Of a DNA stretch of 40,703 nt, positions 18,462-27,495 are shown piece after piece (the stretch's first letter is position 1; each line of letters opens with the position of its first letter). The notes below the pieces were generated by a model, which was given only the letters and a program-made list of their open reading frames with translations, had not been told where the DNA came from and made no database searches. The position numbers were made by a program, and so were the translations under genes. Source of the stretch: Spirochaetia bacterium (GTDB taxonomy: Bacteria; Spirochaetota; Spirochaetia; SPDA01; CAZSGZ01); assembly GCA_046542935.1 (NCBI GenBank), contig JBKHAJ010000001.1:1-40703 (forward strand). The letters run 5' to 3'.

Positions 18462-19763
18462 ATGCGAAGCGGACCCATTTCAAAAAAGCTCTTCGATCGT
18501 GCTCGAAGTGTTATTCCCTGCGGGGTAAATTCCAATTTTCGCTATTGGGGAGATGATAAGACCCTCGTTGTCAAGCGGGGGGAAGGTGCATATATATGGG
18601 ACCAGGATGACAACAAGTACATCGATTACCGCCTGGGCTTCGGACCGGTTATCTTAGGACATGCGGAACGCGGAGTGACCGGCCGAATCCGAGAGGCCCT
18701 TGAGATGGGGAACACCTTCGCCATGACTAATGAATACGAAATCTCAGTGGCCGAGAGGATTAGGGAGCTCACCGGTGTCGACATGGTGCGGTTTTCCAAT
18801 ACCGGGACCGAGGTTACCATGCACGCCATCCGGATTGCCCGGGCCTTTACCGGCCGGGAAAAGATCCTCAAATTCGAGGGGCATTACCACGGTTTTCATG
18901 ATTATACCCTGTGGAACTGTTATCCCCCCATCCCCGGGGCCGGTTACCGAAGAGACCCGGTGCTCGTGGCTCACGGCTCCGGAATCCCCAAGGTGATAGG
19001 CGACCTGGTCTATTCCCTTCCCTTTAACGACTTCGGTCTGGTGGAAAAGAAGGTTCGTGAGCAGTGGGGTGATATCGCCTGCATCATCATGGAGCCTATC
19101 ATGGGAAATACCGCATCTATTATGCCTCAGAAGGGTTTTCTCGAAAATATTCGGAAACTGTGCGACCAATTTGGGATACTCCTTATCTTCGACGAGGTAA
19201 AGACCGGATTCAGAATCGCCAAGGGAGGGGCCCAGGAATTCTTCGGCGTCAAAGCGGACATCGCCACGTACGCCAAGGCCCTGGGGAACGGATTTCCCGT
19301 AGCCGCCATGGGCGGAAAAAGGGAGATCCTCTCCGAGATCGGCCCGGGGAAGATCCCCATGGGGGGGACCTACACCGGGAATGCCGTTGCCGTCGCGGCC
19401 GCGGACGCCACCCTCGAAGCCGTCCAAAAGGGGGCCTTGGAAAAGGTCGATGCGCACGGCAAACGGCTGATGGAGGGAATGCGGGAAATATTCGACCGGC
19501 GGGGGGTGCCCGCGGTCATTCAAGGACCGCCGTCGATGCCCGGCGTCGTCTTCACCGAACGTGATACGGTGGATGAATACCGTGATTGGGCGGAGTCGGA
19601 TCATCACACCTACGAGGAGGTCATCCTAGGCCTCTTCGAGCGGGGGGTTATGCCGGACAAGGACTCCCGGGAGCCCTGGTTTGTCTCCGCGGCGCATTCG
19701 GACGAAGACGCCGATTTTGCGCTCAATGCCTTAGACGATACCCTTAAGGAGGTGCTCGAGTAG
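18462..19763 (+). CDS. class-III PLP aminotransferase/aminomutase, HemL-like but divergent
   Basis: FDEVKTGFRIAKGGAQEFFG and YAKALGNGFPVAAMGG parallel HemL FDEVMTGFR / GKIIGGGxPVGAFGG. The N-terminal CGVNSNFRYW differs from HemL GGVNSPVRAF. AAGGAG lies upstream. Confidence 0.85.
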   Translation: MRSGPISKKLFDRARSVIPCGVNSNFRYWGDDKTLVVKRGEGAYIWDQDDNKYIDYRLGFGPVILGHAERGVTGRIREALEMGNTFAMTNEYEISVAERIRELTGVDMVRFSNTGTEVTMHAIRIARAFTGREKILKFEGHYHGFHDYTLWNCYPPIPGAGYRRDPVLVAHGSGIPKVIGDLVYSLPFNDFGLVEKKVREQWGDIACIIMEPIMGNTASIMPQKGFLENIRKLCDQFGILLIFDEVKTGFRIAKGGAQEFFGVKADIATYAKALGNGFPVAAMGGKREILSEIGPGKIPMGGTYTGNAVAVAAADATLEAVQKGALEKVDAHGKRLMEGMREIFDRRGVPAVIQGPPSMPGVVFTERDTVDEYRDWAESDHHTYEEVILGLFERGVMPDKDSREPWFVSAAHSDEDADFALNALDDTLKEVLE

Positions 19764-19860
19764 CCGTTCTTCTATCGCACATGGCGGACGGCAAATCGAT
19801 ATGGTAAAAAAGTTTATGTAAAAAAGTGCTTCAACACCAAAACTATAGGAGGAAGGAGCT

Positions 19861-21390
19861 TTGGATGAGATTGTTGTAAGACTGCACTTTGTAGACTGGA
19901 TCGTAATTGCCATCTACATCGGTTTCATGCTTTTCATCGGTTTCTGGTTCAATAAACGGAAGCAGGGATTCGATGACTACTTCATGGCGGGACGAAACCT
20001 GACCGCCCCGCTGTTGGTGGGGACCCTGGTGTCGACATTTTACGGTCTGGACACTCTTTTCGGGACCTCGGAGGTAGCGTTCTTCGAGGGAATCAGCGCG
20101 TTCTTCGCGTATTCACTGCCGTATACGGTGATGTACATCGTCATGGCTATCCTGTCGCCCAGGTTCAAGGATTTGTTCCCCAAGGGCACCACAATGCAGG
20201 AAATCACCACCAACAAATACGGAAAGAAGGCGGGGTTGTTCACCTCCATCGCGGCGTTCATCTACTCGACGAACACCATGGAGATGATGGGAATCGGGTT
20301 CATTCTCCATCTAGTCGCGGGGATCCCCTTCTGGATGGGAACTTTGATAGGGGCGATTATCGTCATCATCTACACCTGGACCGGCGGGCTGTGGGCGGTC
20401 ACCATGACCGACTTCATCCAGTTCATCGCCATGATGATTACGGTGGGACTTGCCCTTATCATCGGATGGAGGGCCATCGGAGGATTCGATCAAGTGATGG
20501 TCGGACTTTCCGAATACGCCGGCAGCACGGAGGATGCCGTCTACTTCTTCCGGGTAGGGGCGGGGTATCTTACCCCATGGACCCTATTCGCCTACTCCCT
20601 GACGGCCTTCGCCGTCCTTGCGGAACCGGCGTTCTTCCAGAGGATGTTCGCTTCCGCAGGCCCCAAGGAGATAAAGAAGGCCTTCGGGGCCGGTGTTCCC
20701 ATGTGGCTGAGCTTCGATTGGGCGGTGACCTTCTTAGGACTCATGGCCGCCGCCGCGGTGGGACTCGGAATCATCCCTGAGGTCGAGGCCAACGAGGCGC
20801 TTCTCGCCATCGTCGGGCAGTATCTGCCCATCGGTATCATGGGTATCTTTATTGCGGGCGTCTTGGCCTGCGCCATGTCCACCGCCGACAGTTACTTCTT
20901 GGTAGCGGGAGGAGTAGTCGGATACGATATCTACAAAAAGATGATCAATCCGAAAGCCGACGACAAGAAGATCGAGCGTGTTACCAAGTACGGTATCTTG
21001 GGTTCCGCAGCACTATCTCTGCTGCTGTCTTTCACCTTCGAGCGGATCATGGAGGTGTGGGTCTTTCAGGCGACCATCATCATCACCACCGCGCTCATAC
21101 CGGTGTACTTCGGAGCATTCTCCAAGAAGGCCCCGAAAAAGATCGCGGGAACTCTGGCCACCATCATCGGACTTGTCTTGAGTCTCATCTGGTACATCTG
21201 GTCGAACTTCTTCGGAAAGTGGAGTGATGACTGGGAAGTCTACGTCATCAGGATCGGCGGGGTCGAGTTCTGGCAGGAGTATGGAATTATCATCATTACT
21301 CCCATCGTCCTTATCATTTACCTGATTGCCAATGCCGTGGGTAAGAAGACGATGGAGAACGCGCCCGAGGCAGGAATACTGGAGGATTAA
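19861..21390 (+). CDS. sodium:solute symporter (SSS) family transporter
   Basis: A 509-aa polytopic protein with an SSS-like N-terminus DWIVIAIYIGFMLFIGFWF..FMAGR. A TTG start at 19861 sits directly after GGAGGAAGGAG. No in-frame ATG upstream of TM1. Confidence 0.8.
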   Translation: MDEIVVRLHFVDWIVIAIYIGFMLFIGFWFNKRKQGFDDYFMAGRNLTAPLLVGTLVSTFYGLDTLFGTSEVAFFEGISAFFAYSLPYTVMYIVMAILSPRFKDLFPKGTTMQEITTNKYGKKAGLFTSIAAFIYSTNTMEMMGIGFILHLVAGIPFWMGTLIGAIIVIIYTWTGGLWAVTMTDFIQFIAMMITVGLALIIGWRAIGGFDQVMVGLSEYAGSTEDAVYFFRVGAGYLTPWTLFAYSLTAFAVLAEPAFFQRMFASAGPKEIKKAFGAGVPMWLSFDWAVTFLGLMAAAAVGLGIIPEVEANEALLAIVGQYLPIGIMGIFIAGVLACAMSTADSYFLVAGGVVGYDIYKKMINPKADDKKIERVTKYGILGSAALSLLLSFTFERIMEVWVFQATIIITTALIPVYFGAFSKKAPKKIAGTLATIIGLVLSLIWYIWSNFFGKWSDDWEVYVIRIGGVEFWQEYGIIIITPIVLIIYLIANAVGKKTMENAPEAGILED

Positions 21391-21391
21391 T

Positions 21392-21520
21392 ATGGGATGG
21401 AATGTATTCAACTACATATTCGGAGCAATATGTATTATCGGACCTATTTGTCTCATTTTCTGGTACGGAGCGGCCGCTAAGCAGCGGATAAAAGAGATGA
21501 AGGCAAAAAACGGCGAATAG
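21392..21520 (+). CDS. 42-aa single-TM peptide, possible symporter accessory subunit
   Basis: ATG 21392 lies 1 nt after the symporter stop and is preceded by GGAGGA. The sequence MGWNVFNYIFGAICIIGPICLIFWYGAAAKQRIKEMKAKNGE has one hydrophobic helix and a basic tail. Confidence 0.5.
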   Translation: MGWNVFNYIFGAICIIGPICLIFWYGAAAKQRIKEMKAKNGE

Positions 21521-21522
21521 CC

Positions 21523-21589
21523 GCAGGTAAAGCAGGTAAAAAAGCTAAATAGGTAAAAAGGAGAAAGGACCGGCCTTCGGGCCGGTCCT
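21523..21589 (+). repeat. tandem GCAGGTAAA direct repeats plus GC-rich hairpin in the intergenic spacer
   Basis: GCAGGTAAA at 21523-21531 and 21532-21540, with a third degenerate copy ATAGGTAAAAA at about 21549-21559. A perfect 10-bp stem AGGACCGGCC/GGCCGGTCCT (21566-21589) has a TTCG loop. Confidence 0.6.
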
Positions 21590-21626
21590 CCTTGTCGGGC
21601 TGATCAAAAGAAAAAAGGAGATTCCC

Positions 21627-22844
21627 ATGAAAGTTGTTGTGCTCGGAGTAGGTGCTCAGGGAAGCATTATCGCGACCCGTCTGGATGAAGAACCCGCCGT
21701 TAAGGAGCTCATCTGCGCCGACTACAATATTGAGGCGGCGAAACGGTTGGAAAAGAACCTGAAGAAGGCTAAAGCCGTTCAGGTAAACGCGAAAAACAAA
21801 GAGGAGGTAAAGAAGGTAACCGAAGGGGCCGCTCTCTTGGTCAACGGGCTCCCGCCGGATTTCAATATCACCCTGATGGAGGCGGCCCTGGAGAACGGCT
21901 GCAACTACCAGGACATGGCGTCGGGGCCGGTGGAGGATATTGATTTTATTTCCGCGGTGAAAAGGCAGCTCACCATGGACGGTAAGTTCAAACAGGCGGG
22001 CTTGAGCGCCCTCTCGAACACCGGATCGGCCCCGGGACTGGTCAACGTCCTGGCGAGGCACAGCGCCGATCAGATGGACTCGATCGAGCATATCTCCATC
22101 ATGGTTTACGACGGGATATGGACGAACCGGTTCATCCCCTTTTGGTGGTCTCCGGAGACCGCCTTCGGCGATATGGCCGCCGAGCCTATCAACTACCGAA
22201 ACGGAAAGTGGGAACGCGTTCCCCCGTACAACGATCCGGTTATGGAGGATTTCCGGGGGGTCGGTAAGCGGCGGATGGTGGACCACGAACACGAGGAACC
22301 GGTCACCTTCGGCATCCACGCCGACCGGGTCTTCAAGGGGTGTCCGAATGTGAGCTTCAAATACGGCGGACCCGCTTTAGAGCTCTCCGAATCGTTCTAC
22401 AAGATGGGGCTCCTCGGAAGGGAGCCGGTGGAGGTGAACGGGGTAGAGGTAACCCCCCTCGATCTGGTGTGCAGGCTGACTCCGCCCGCCCCGAGCAGCC
22501 CCGAGGCCATCCGTGACGCCCTGTCCGAGGGAATGGCCTTAGAAGAGGGAGCGGCGGTGGTCCGCCTCGACGGGACTGTACAGGGAAAACCGGTCCGTTT
22601 CGAAAACTACATCAACGCCCCGGGTTTAACGGAATCCTTCGAGAAGTACGGAATAACCCACGAAACTTTCTTGACCGGGCAGTCGGCGTTCCTCTTTACC
22701 AAGATGTTCGTCAACGACAAGATCAAAACCAAAGGGGTTTTTACACCGGAGCTCTTCGAAAAACCGGAGAGGGACTACTACCTCTCAGAGGCCGCGAAGA
22801 TCGGCATAACCGTAGATCAGATCGTAGAGACGAGATTGTTTTGA
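21627..22844 (+). CDS. saccharopine dehydrogenase-family NAD(P) oxidoreductase, paralogue 2 (divergent)
   Basis: Rossmann MKVVVLGVGAQGS, GSAPGLVNVLARH block and VDHEHEEP (cf. VEHEE in the other two paralogues). AAGGAG lies upstream of the ATG. Confidence 0.8.
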   Translation: MKVVVLGVGAQGSIIATRLDEEPAVKELICADYNIEAAKRLEKNLKKAKAVQVNAKNKEEVKKVTEGAALLVNGLPPDFNITLMEAALENGCNYQDMASGPVEDIDFISAVKRQLTMDGKFKQAGLSALSNTGSAPGLVNVLARHSADQMDSIEHISIMVYDGIWTNRFIPFWWSPETAFGDMAAEPINYRNGKWERVPPYNDPVMEDFRGVGKRRMVDHEHEEPVTFGIHADRVFKGCPNVSFKYGGPALELSESFYKMGLLGREPVEVNGVEVTPLDLVCRLTPPAPSSPEAIRDALSEGMALEEGAAVVRLDGTVQGKPVRFENYINAPGLTESFEKYGITHETFLTGQSAFLFTKMFVNDKIKTKGVFTPELFEKPERDYYLSEAAKIGITVDQIVETRLF

Positions 22845-22928
22845 CCGGCGGGATAAAATAACGGTACCCCCGGTTCGACATTATAACGGCATTGCAGTGA
22901 CCCTTGACGGGGACTCGAGCGGATAGAC

Positions 22929-22959
22929 TCGGCCGGCGGGAGATTGTCCCGCCGGCCGA
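22929..22959. terminator. perfect 13-bp GC hairpin between convergent genes (atypical terminator)
   Basis: TCGGCCGGCGGGA-gattg-TCCCGCCGGCCGA. The flanking A/T tracts are in the inverse orientation to a canonical bidirectional terminator, so the function is uncertain. Confidence 0.4.
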
Positions 22960-22978
22960 ATAAAAAGAGAAGAAGATC

Positions 22979-23113
22979 TTAGAAGGTCTCGGAAGGCTGG
23001 TCTAACATTTGATCCTCTCCGGGAGGGGGCAGCTCGCCCTCTTCGATACATCCGGAAAACCCTATGGTGAGAGCTCCCGCGATGAGTAAAAGTAGAAAAA
23101 GTTTCTTTAACAT
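22979..23113 (-). CDS. 44-aa putative lipoprotein
   Basis: The internal ATG at 23113 is preceded by AAGGAGG. MLKKLFLLLLIAGALTIGFSGC has a signal peptide plus a lipobox-like FSGC. The 69-aa track ORF was trimmed. Confidence 0.5.
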   Translation of the reverse strand: MLKKLFLLLLIAGALTIGFSGCIEEGELPPPGEDQMLDQPSETF

Positions 23114-23265
23114 AGCATATTCCTCCTTGCCTGTTATCTGCATATAATGTAACGGAGAAATGTCCGAAAAATTCCTGGGAAATTTCAAGATTTTGTCAAG
23201 TCTTTCCCGTTTCTACCGCGGGCATTTACACTTTTTTGTGATCCGCGTAGGATGGAGTGTCCTAT

Positions 23266-24228
23266 ATGAAGAGAAACGGAATCCTTAAAGGACTTTTTGT
23301 GCTCATGATTTTCGTGTCGTGGGCGCCCTTCGAAATCGCCGCGTACCCCGATCTTCCCGAAGGGAAACGGTCCGTTACGGGTCCGGTAGCGCGGCTTAAG
23401 ATTACCGAAAATTCATTCCCCTTCCAGAGCGATATTCCGACTGGGGATAAAACCATGCGATTAGAGCAGGAGCGGGATCCCTCGACGGGGGCGGTGATCA
23501 GAGAGAAACTCTATGATGAAAGCGGTGTGTTCCAGTGGGAAAGCGTCAATACATACGATGAGGAGGGCAAACTCATCGAACAAAGCACTTATGATAAGGA
23601 AGGACGGCTCAAGTGGCGCAATATGTACGAACATTCCGATGAAGGGCAGGTTGAAAAGAAAATCCAGATGAGCGGCGCCGAGCAGATCGAGGCGACTATG
23701 ATCTATCGGTATTCGGACGACCGATTGGAAGAAGAGTCGATGTATAATGCCGCCGGAGCCCTTCAGTGGAGCAAAAAGTACACCTACTACAGCGACCGGG
23801 ACGTAGAATGCAGCACGTACTATCCCGACGGCAGCAGGATCAAGACGATCCGGGAAGTCTATAATTCAACGGGACTGATAATACGGGAAGTACATACCGA
23901 CGAGCTGGGTTCCGTCTTCGAGGACGCCCATTTCGTATACGATTCGGGGAACAGGCTCACCGAGCTCAGGGTCTATGACGGTTTCGGCCGTCTCAGGGAG
24001 CTGCGTCTGAGAGAATACAACCGCTACGGAAACATGATCCGTGAAGTCAAGGATTTTCCCTTTGAAAAAAGAGTGGCCGAATACCGGTATGGGTATACCT
24101 ACGATACCAACGCGAACTGGACGGAACGCACCGTCGATTATTACGTCTCCTACGACGGGGACGATATGGATCCGGTTTCCCGTACAGAGATCCTGCGGAC
24201 GATCGAGTATGCGTCGGAAGAAGAATAG
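23266..24228 (+). CDS. secreted protein built of degenerate YD/RHS-like repeats
   Basis: Signal peptide MKRNGILKGLFVLMIFVSWAPFEIAA. Recurring Y-D-x-x-G-x-L units include YDESGVF, YDEEGKLI, YDKEGRLK, YPDGSRIK, YDSGNRLT and YDGFGRLR. The start may be GTG 23257 or ATG 23266. Confidence 0.65.
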   Translation: MKRNGILKGLFVLMIFVSWAPFEIAAYPDLPEGKRSVTGPVARLKITENSFPFQSDIPTGDKTMRLEQERDPSTGAVIREKLYDESGVFQWESVNTYDEEGKLIEQSTYDKEGRLKWRNMYEHSDEGQVEKKIQMSGAEQIEATMIYRYSDDRLEEESMYNAAGALQWSKKYTYYSDRDVECSTYYPDGSRIKTIREVYNSTGLIIREVHTDELGSVFEDAHFVYDSGNRLTELRVYDGFGRLRELRLREYNRYGNMIREVKDFPFEKRVAEYRYGYTYDTNANWTERTVDYYVSYDGDDMDPVSRTEILRTIEYASEEE

Positions 24229-25624
24229 CACCTTTTTTTCTCAATTGTTCCTCGTTTTCGTCGGCTCGTTTCTGTTTCTCGTGCTGGTTCTGACGATGAT
24301 CTACTATTTTGGGATCCGCATATCCTTAGACGACTGGAATTTCCATTCCGGACGGCGGCTTCAGAGTATCATTCTTCCGGCCCTCACCCAGGTATACCGC
24401 GGGGACGGGCAGTTACGGGAACAGTCGGTATACAGCGGTCTGTCTCCTTTTTTGACGGTCAATATGTATCTCTACGTTTTCGATAAGGACTGGACACCGG
24501 TATTTTTTTTCGTACGGGGCGAACGGATCAGCCTGAGCAATTCCGCCCGTATACAAGAGGAAACGGATAAAATCGGTGACGGCAGGCGCAGCGCCCAGGC
24601 GATTGTGAACGAAAGCGATGTTGTAGGATATCTTTCGGTGGGAACTTTCGGATTCACCTATAATCTCGCGAACCGACAATTCCTTCGAAGCATCGCAGTG
24701 GCGATTTTTTTCGGTATGGGCATCGCCGTAGTTCTGTCCTTCGCCATATCCTTCCTGTTCTCCAGACTCCTCTCGAGGAACACCAAAATGCTCTGGCGTG
24801 GACTGCAGGCCCTGAACGAAGGAAACCGGACGGTAAGTTTTCCGACAAAGGGGGCCCGGGAAATCGTCGATATCGGCCGGGCGGCGCAGGAGTTGTCGGA
24901 GAGTCTGGAAAGGGAAAACTGGCTGCGGAAGAAACTGGCCCGGGACATAGCCCACGATTTACGTACCCCCATTACCGCCTTGAAGACCCAGTTCGAGAAT
25001 ATGGTGGAAGGGGTCACCGAGATATCGAAAAAGAGAATCCATTCACTCTACGACGAAATAATCCGGATCGAAAATCTGATATTCGACCTCATACAGCTCA
25101 GCAAGATGGAAAATCCGGAAATGTCGATCTCTATCGGCGAAATATACGCTCCCGCTTTTACGCGTGAGCTGAAATCACTCTTCACCGCTTCCTCACAGGG
25201 TGCGGACATCGGTTTTATCGTCCGATGTGATCCGGTACGGTTTTGCGGCGATGAAAACCTCCTCTACCGCGCAGTGTCGAATCTGCTGAACAATGCATTC
25301 CAGCACACTTTCCCCGGGGGCACCGTGGCGTTCAGCCTCGAGCGGGCGGAGGATAAGATCGTTTTGACCGTACGGAATACGGGCTTTGTCGACACCGAAG
25401 AAATTCCGAAACTCTTCGAACGGATGTATCGGGGCGGCAACTCCCGGGAAACCCCCGGGTCCGGCCTCGGTCTGCCGATAGCCCGGGCTATCACCGGGCT
25501 TCACGGCGGTGAAATATCCATGGTCCAGGAGGAAACGGAAACCGTAGTCCGAATGATCATTCCGGCGGTACCGGGTAAAACGAATCAAGAAGGTTCGCCG
25601 AGAAAACGGTACCCGAATCCGTAG
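24209..25624 (+). CDS. sensor histidine kinase (two TM, HAMP, HisKA, HATPase_c)
   Basis: The track ORF is trimmed to ATG 24209 (MRRKKNSTFFSQLFLVFVGSFLF, TM1). H-box IAHDLRTPITAL, N-box NLLNNAF and G-box GSGLGLPIA. The start overlaps the upstream gene by 20 nt. Confidence 0.85.
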   Translation: MRRKKNSTFFSQLFLVFVGSFLFLVLVLTMIYYFGIRISLDDWNFHSGRRLQSIILPALTQVYRGDGQLREQSVYSGLSPFLTVNMYLYVFDKDWTPVFFFVRGERISLSNSARIQEETDKIGDGRRSAQAIVNESDVVGYLSVGTFGFTYNLANRQFLRSIAVAIFFGMGIAVVLSFAISFLFSRLLSRNTKMLWRGLQALNEGNRTVSFPTKGAREIVDIGRAAQELSESLERENWLRKKLARDIAHDLRTPITALKTQFENMVEGVTEISKKRIHSLYDEIIRIENLIFDLIQLSKMENPEMSISIGEIYAPAFTRELKSLFTASSQGADIGFIVRCDPVRFCGDENLLYRAVSNLLNNAFQHTFPGGTVAFSLERAEDKIVLTVRNTGFVDTEEIPKLFERMYRGGNSRETPGSGLGLPIARAITGLHGGEISMVQEETETVVRMIIPAVPGKTNQEGSPRKRYPNP

Positions 25625-26274
25625 ATGGTCTCGATCCAGTCTTTGTTCCCAAGGCTGTTTCGTATATTCGCGATGTGGGTGTCCACCGTACGTTCCGATC
25701 CTGCGTGGGTATATCCGAGACACTCTCCGAGAATTTGCTCCCGGGACAGCGCCCGGCGGCCCCGGGACACAAGATAACAGAGGATGTTCCATTCCGCCGT
25801 AGTCAGGGATAATTGCCGCCCGTCTATCCGCGCCTTTCTCTGCTCCGTATCTATTTCCAGCTCGGAATCCTTCAACTTCCATCGGCCCGAAGTGTTTTCG
25901 GACGGAGTATCCCGGCGGGTCCTGCTCAAGATCGCCTTGACCCGGAGCAGGAGTTCTTTTGTGGAAAACGGCTTGACCACGTAATCGTCCCCGCCGACCT
26001 CGAAACCCATAATACGGTCCGATTCTTCTTCTTTTGCCGTCAGAAAGATGATAGGAACGGGAGACTGAGAACGGATCTCTTTCGCGAGGAGATAGCCGTT
26101 TCCGTCGGGGAGCATGATGTCGAGGATGACGACATCGGGCGGCTTGTGAAGGAGTGCTTCGAGGACACCCCGGACGCCGGAAAACTCCATGACCTCGATG
26201 TCGTTGACGGTGAAATAGTCCCTGACAGCTTCTCTGATGTGTTTATTGTCTTCCACTATGTAAGCGCGAATCAT
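25585..26274 (-). CDS. OmpR/PhoB-family response regulator
   Basis: Trimmed to ATG 26274 (MIRAYIVEDN). Receiver motifs VILDIMLPDGNG and VVKPF. The C-terminal wHTH is TVDTHIANIRNSL...YGFGYRF. Confidence 0.9.
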   Translation of the reverse strand: MIRAYIVEDNKHIREAVRDYFTVNDIEVMEFSGVRGVLEALLHKPPDVVILDIMLPDGNGYLLAKEIRSQSPVPIIFLTAKEEESDRIMGFEVGGDDYVVKPFSTKELLLRVKAILSRTRRDTPSENTSGRWKLKDSELEIDTEQRKARIDGRQLSLTTAEWNILCYLVSRGRRALSREQILGECLGYTHAGSERTVDTHIANIRNSLGNKDWIETIYGFGYRFLGEPS

Positions 26275-26394
26275 ACTTGGTACCCTTGGGCACAAATATA
26301 AGAAGAACGCCGTGTACGGGCAACTACTTGCTCAACCGGGCTAAAGAGGGGTATATTCCTTTACTATCGTTTTCTAAAGGCAAGGAGTTTTCGC

Positions 26395-27495
26395 GTGAAG
26401 AAATTGCCGCGTCCTCTGAGAAGGTTGCTGTTTATATGTGCTTCCACCGCCGCCATGGTCGCGGTGCTGCTCTTCGACCTCACGTACCTCGCGGGGCAGG
26501 GAGTCCGTATGCTTTCTGAACGGCGGGGCATGAATGAAGTCGAGGCGCTTCTCACCGACCCTGCGGTAGACGAGGATACCCGGGAGTTCCTGAGGCTTAC
26601 CCAGGACATCCGCAGGTTCGCCGTTGATGTGCTGGGACTCGAAGAGACGGAAAACTACACGGCTTATGTGGCGACGGATAGAAACTATCTCGTAGACGTG
26701 GTCTCAGCCGTGCGTTCCGATTCGCTGGAGAGGTATACCCGGCGTTATCCCCTGGTCGGGACAGTTTTCTACCGCGGTTTTTATAACAGCCGGGGCGCCG
26801 ACCGGTTTGCCGCCCGGCTGAAGCGAAGGGGATACGATGTGGTTGTAAGGAAGGTAGGGGCTTACAGCTCCCTCGGTTACTTGGTAGACCCCCTCTATTC
26901 GTATATGCGGGAGTATTCCGAATACCGGATCGCGGAGTTGATCATCCATGAGTTGACCCACGCCACGATATGGATACCCGGGAACAATCAGTTCAACGAA
27001 GAAGTAGCGTCTTTTATCGGGCGAAAGGGAGCGGAAGAATATATCCGTATGAAGTACGGAGAAGCTTCACCGCATTATACGGCGCTGTTTCCGGCCCGAA
27101 GGGACCGGGATAGGTTCGTCTCATTCCTCGGCGCAGTCTACGCTGAACTCGAAGAGGAGTATCGGGCGGCGAGCAGCCGGGAACAGCGGCTCTTGCACAA
27201 AGCTGAAATCCTCGCCCGGGAACAGGCTCATTTCTCCGAACGATATCGGGAGATCTACGAGACGGATACGTACCTTTGGGCCTCCACTCGGGACTGGGAC
27301 CATGCCTTTCTCGATATGTACATGCAGTACACCCGAGACCTCGATATATATTACGGCCTCCTCGAGATCCTGAACGGCAGCCTGCCCGCCGCAGTCGATA
27401 CACTTATTGATCTTTTCGATGATGTTCCGGACCCTAAGATCGCGATAAACGAGATCTTAGCCGGTGCCCCTCTCAATTCATCCGCTCTTCCATGA
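26395..27495 (+). CDS. predicted HExxH zinc aminopeptidase (COG4324/DUF2265-like), membrane-anchored or secreted
   Basis: A GTG start follows AAGGAG. The N-terminus LLFICASTAAMVAVLLF is hydrophobic. Zinc motif IIHELTHATIW. Confidence 0.65.
   Translation: MKKLPRPLRRLLFICASTAAMVAVLLFDLTYLAGQGVRMLSERRGMNEVEALLTDPAVDEDTREFLRLTQDIRRFAVDVLGLEETENYTAYVATDRNYLVDVVSAVRSDSLERYTRRYPLVGTVFYRGFYNSRGADRFAARLKRRGYDVVVRKVGAYSSLGYLVDPLYSYMREYSEYRIAELIIHELTHATIWIPGNNQFNEEVASFIGRKGAEEYIRMKYGEASPHYTALFPARRDRDRFVSFLGAVYAELEEEYRAASSREQRLLHKAEILAREQAHFSERYREIYETDTYLWASTRDWDHAFLDMYMQYTRDLDIYYGLLEILNGSLPAAVDTLIDLFDDVPDPKIAINEILAGAPLNSSALP

Noticed and set aside
22868-22880. CCCCCGGTTCGACA resembling a tRNA T-loop (a similar GGTTCG occurs near 40532)
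   Set aside because: There is no complementary T-stem, acceptor stem or anticodon arm in the flanks, so it is not a tRNA.
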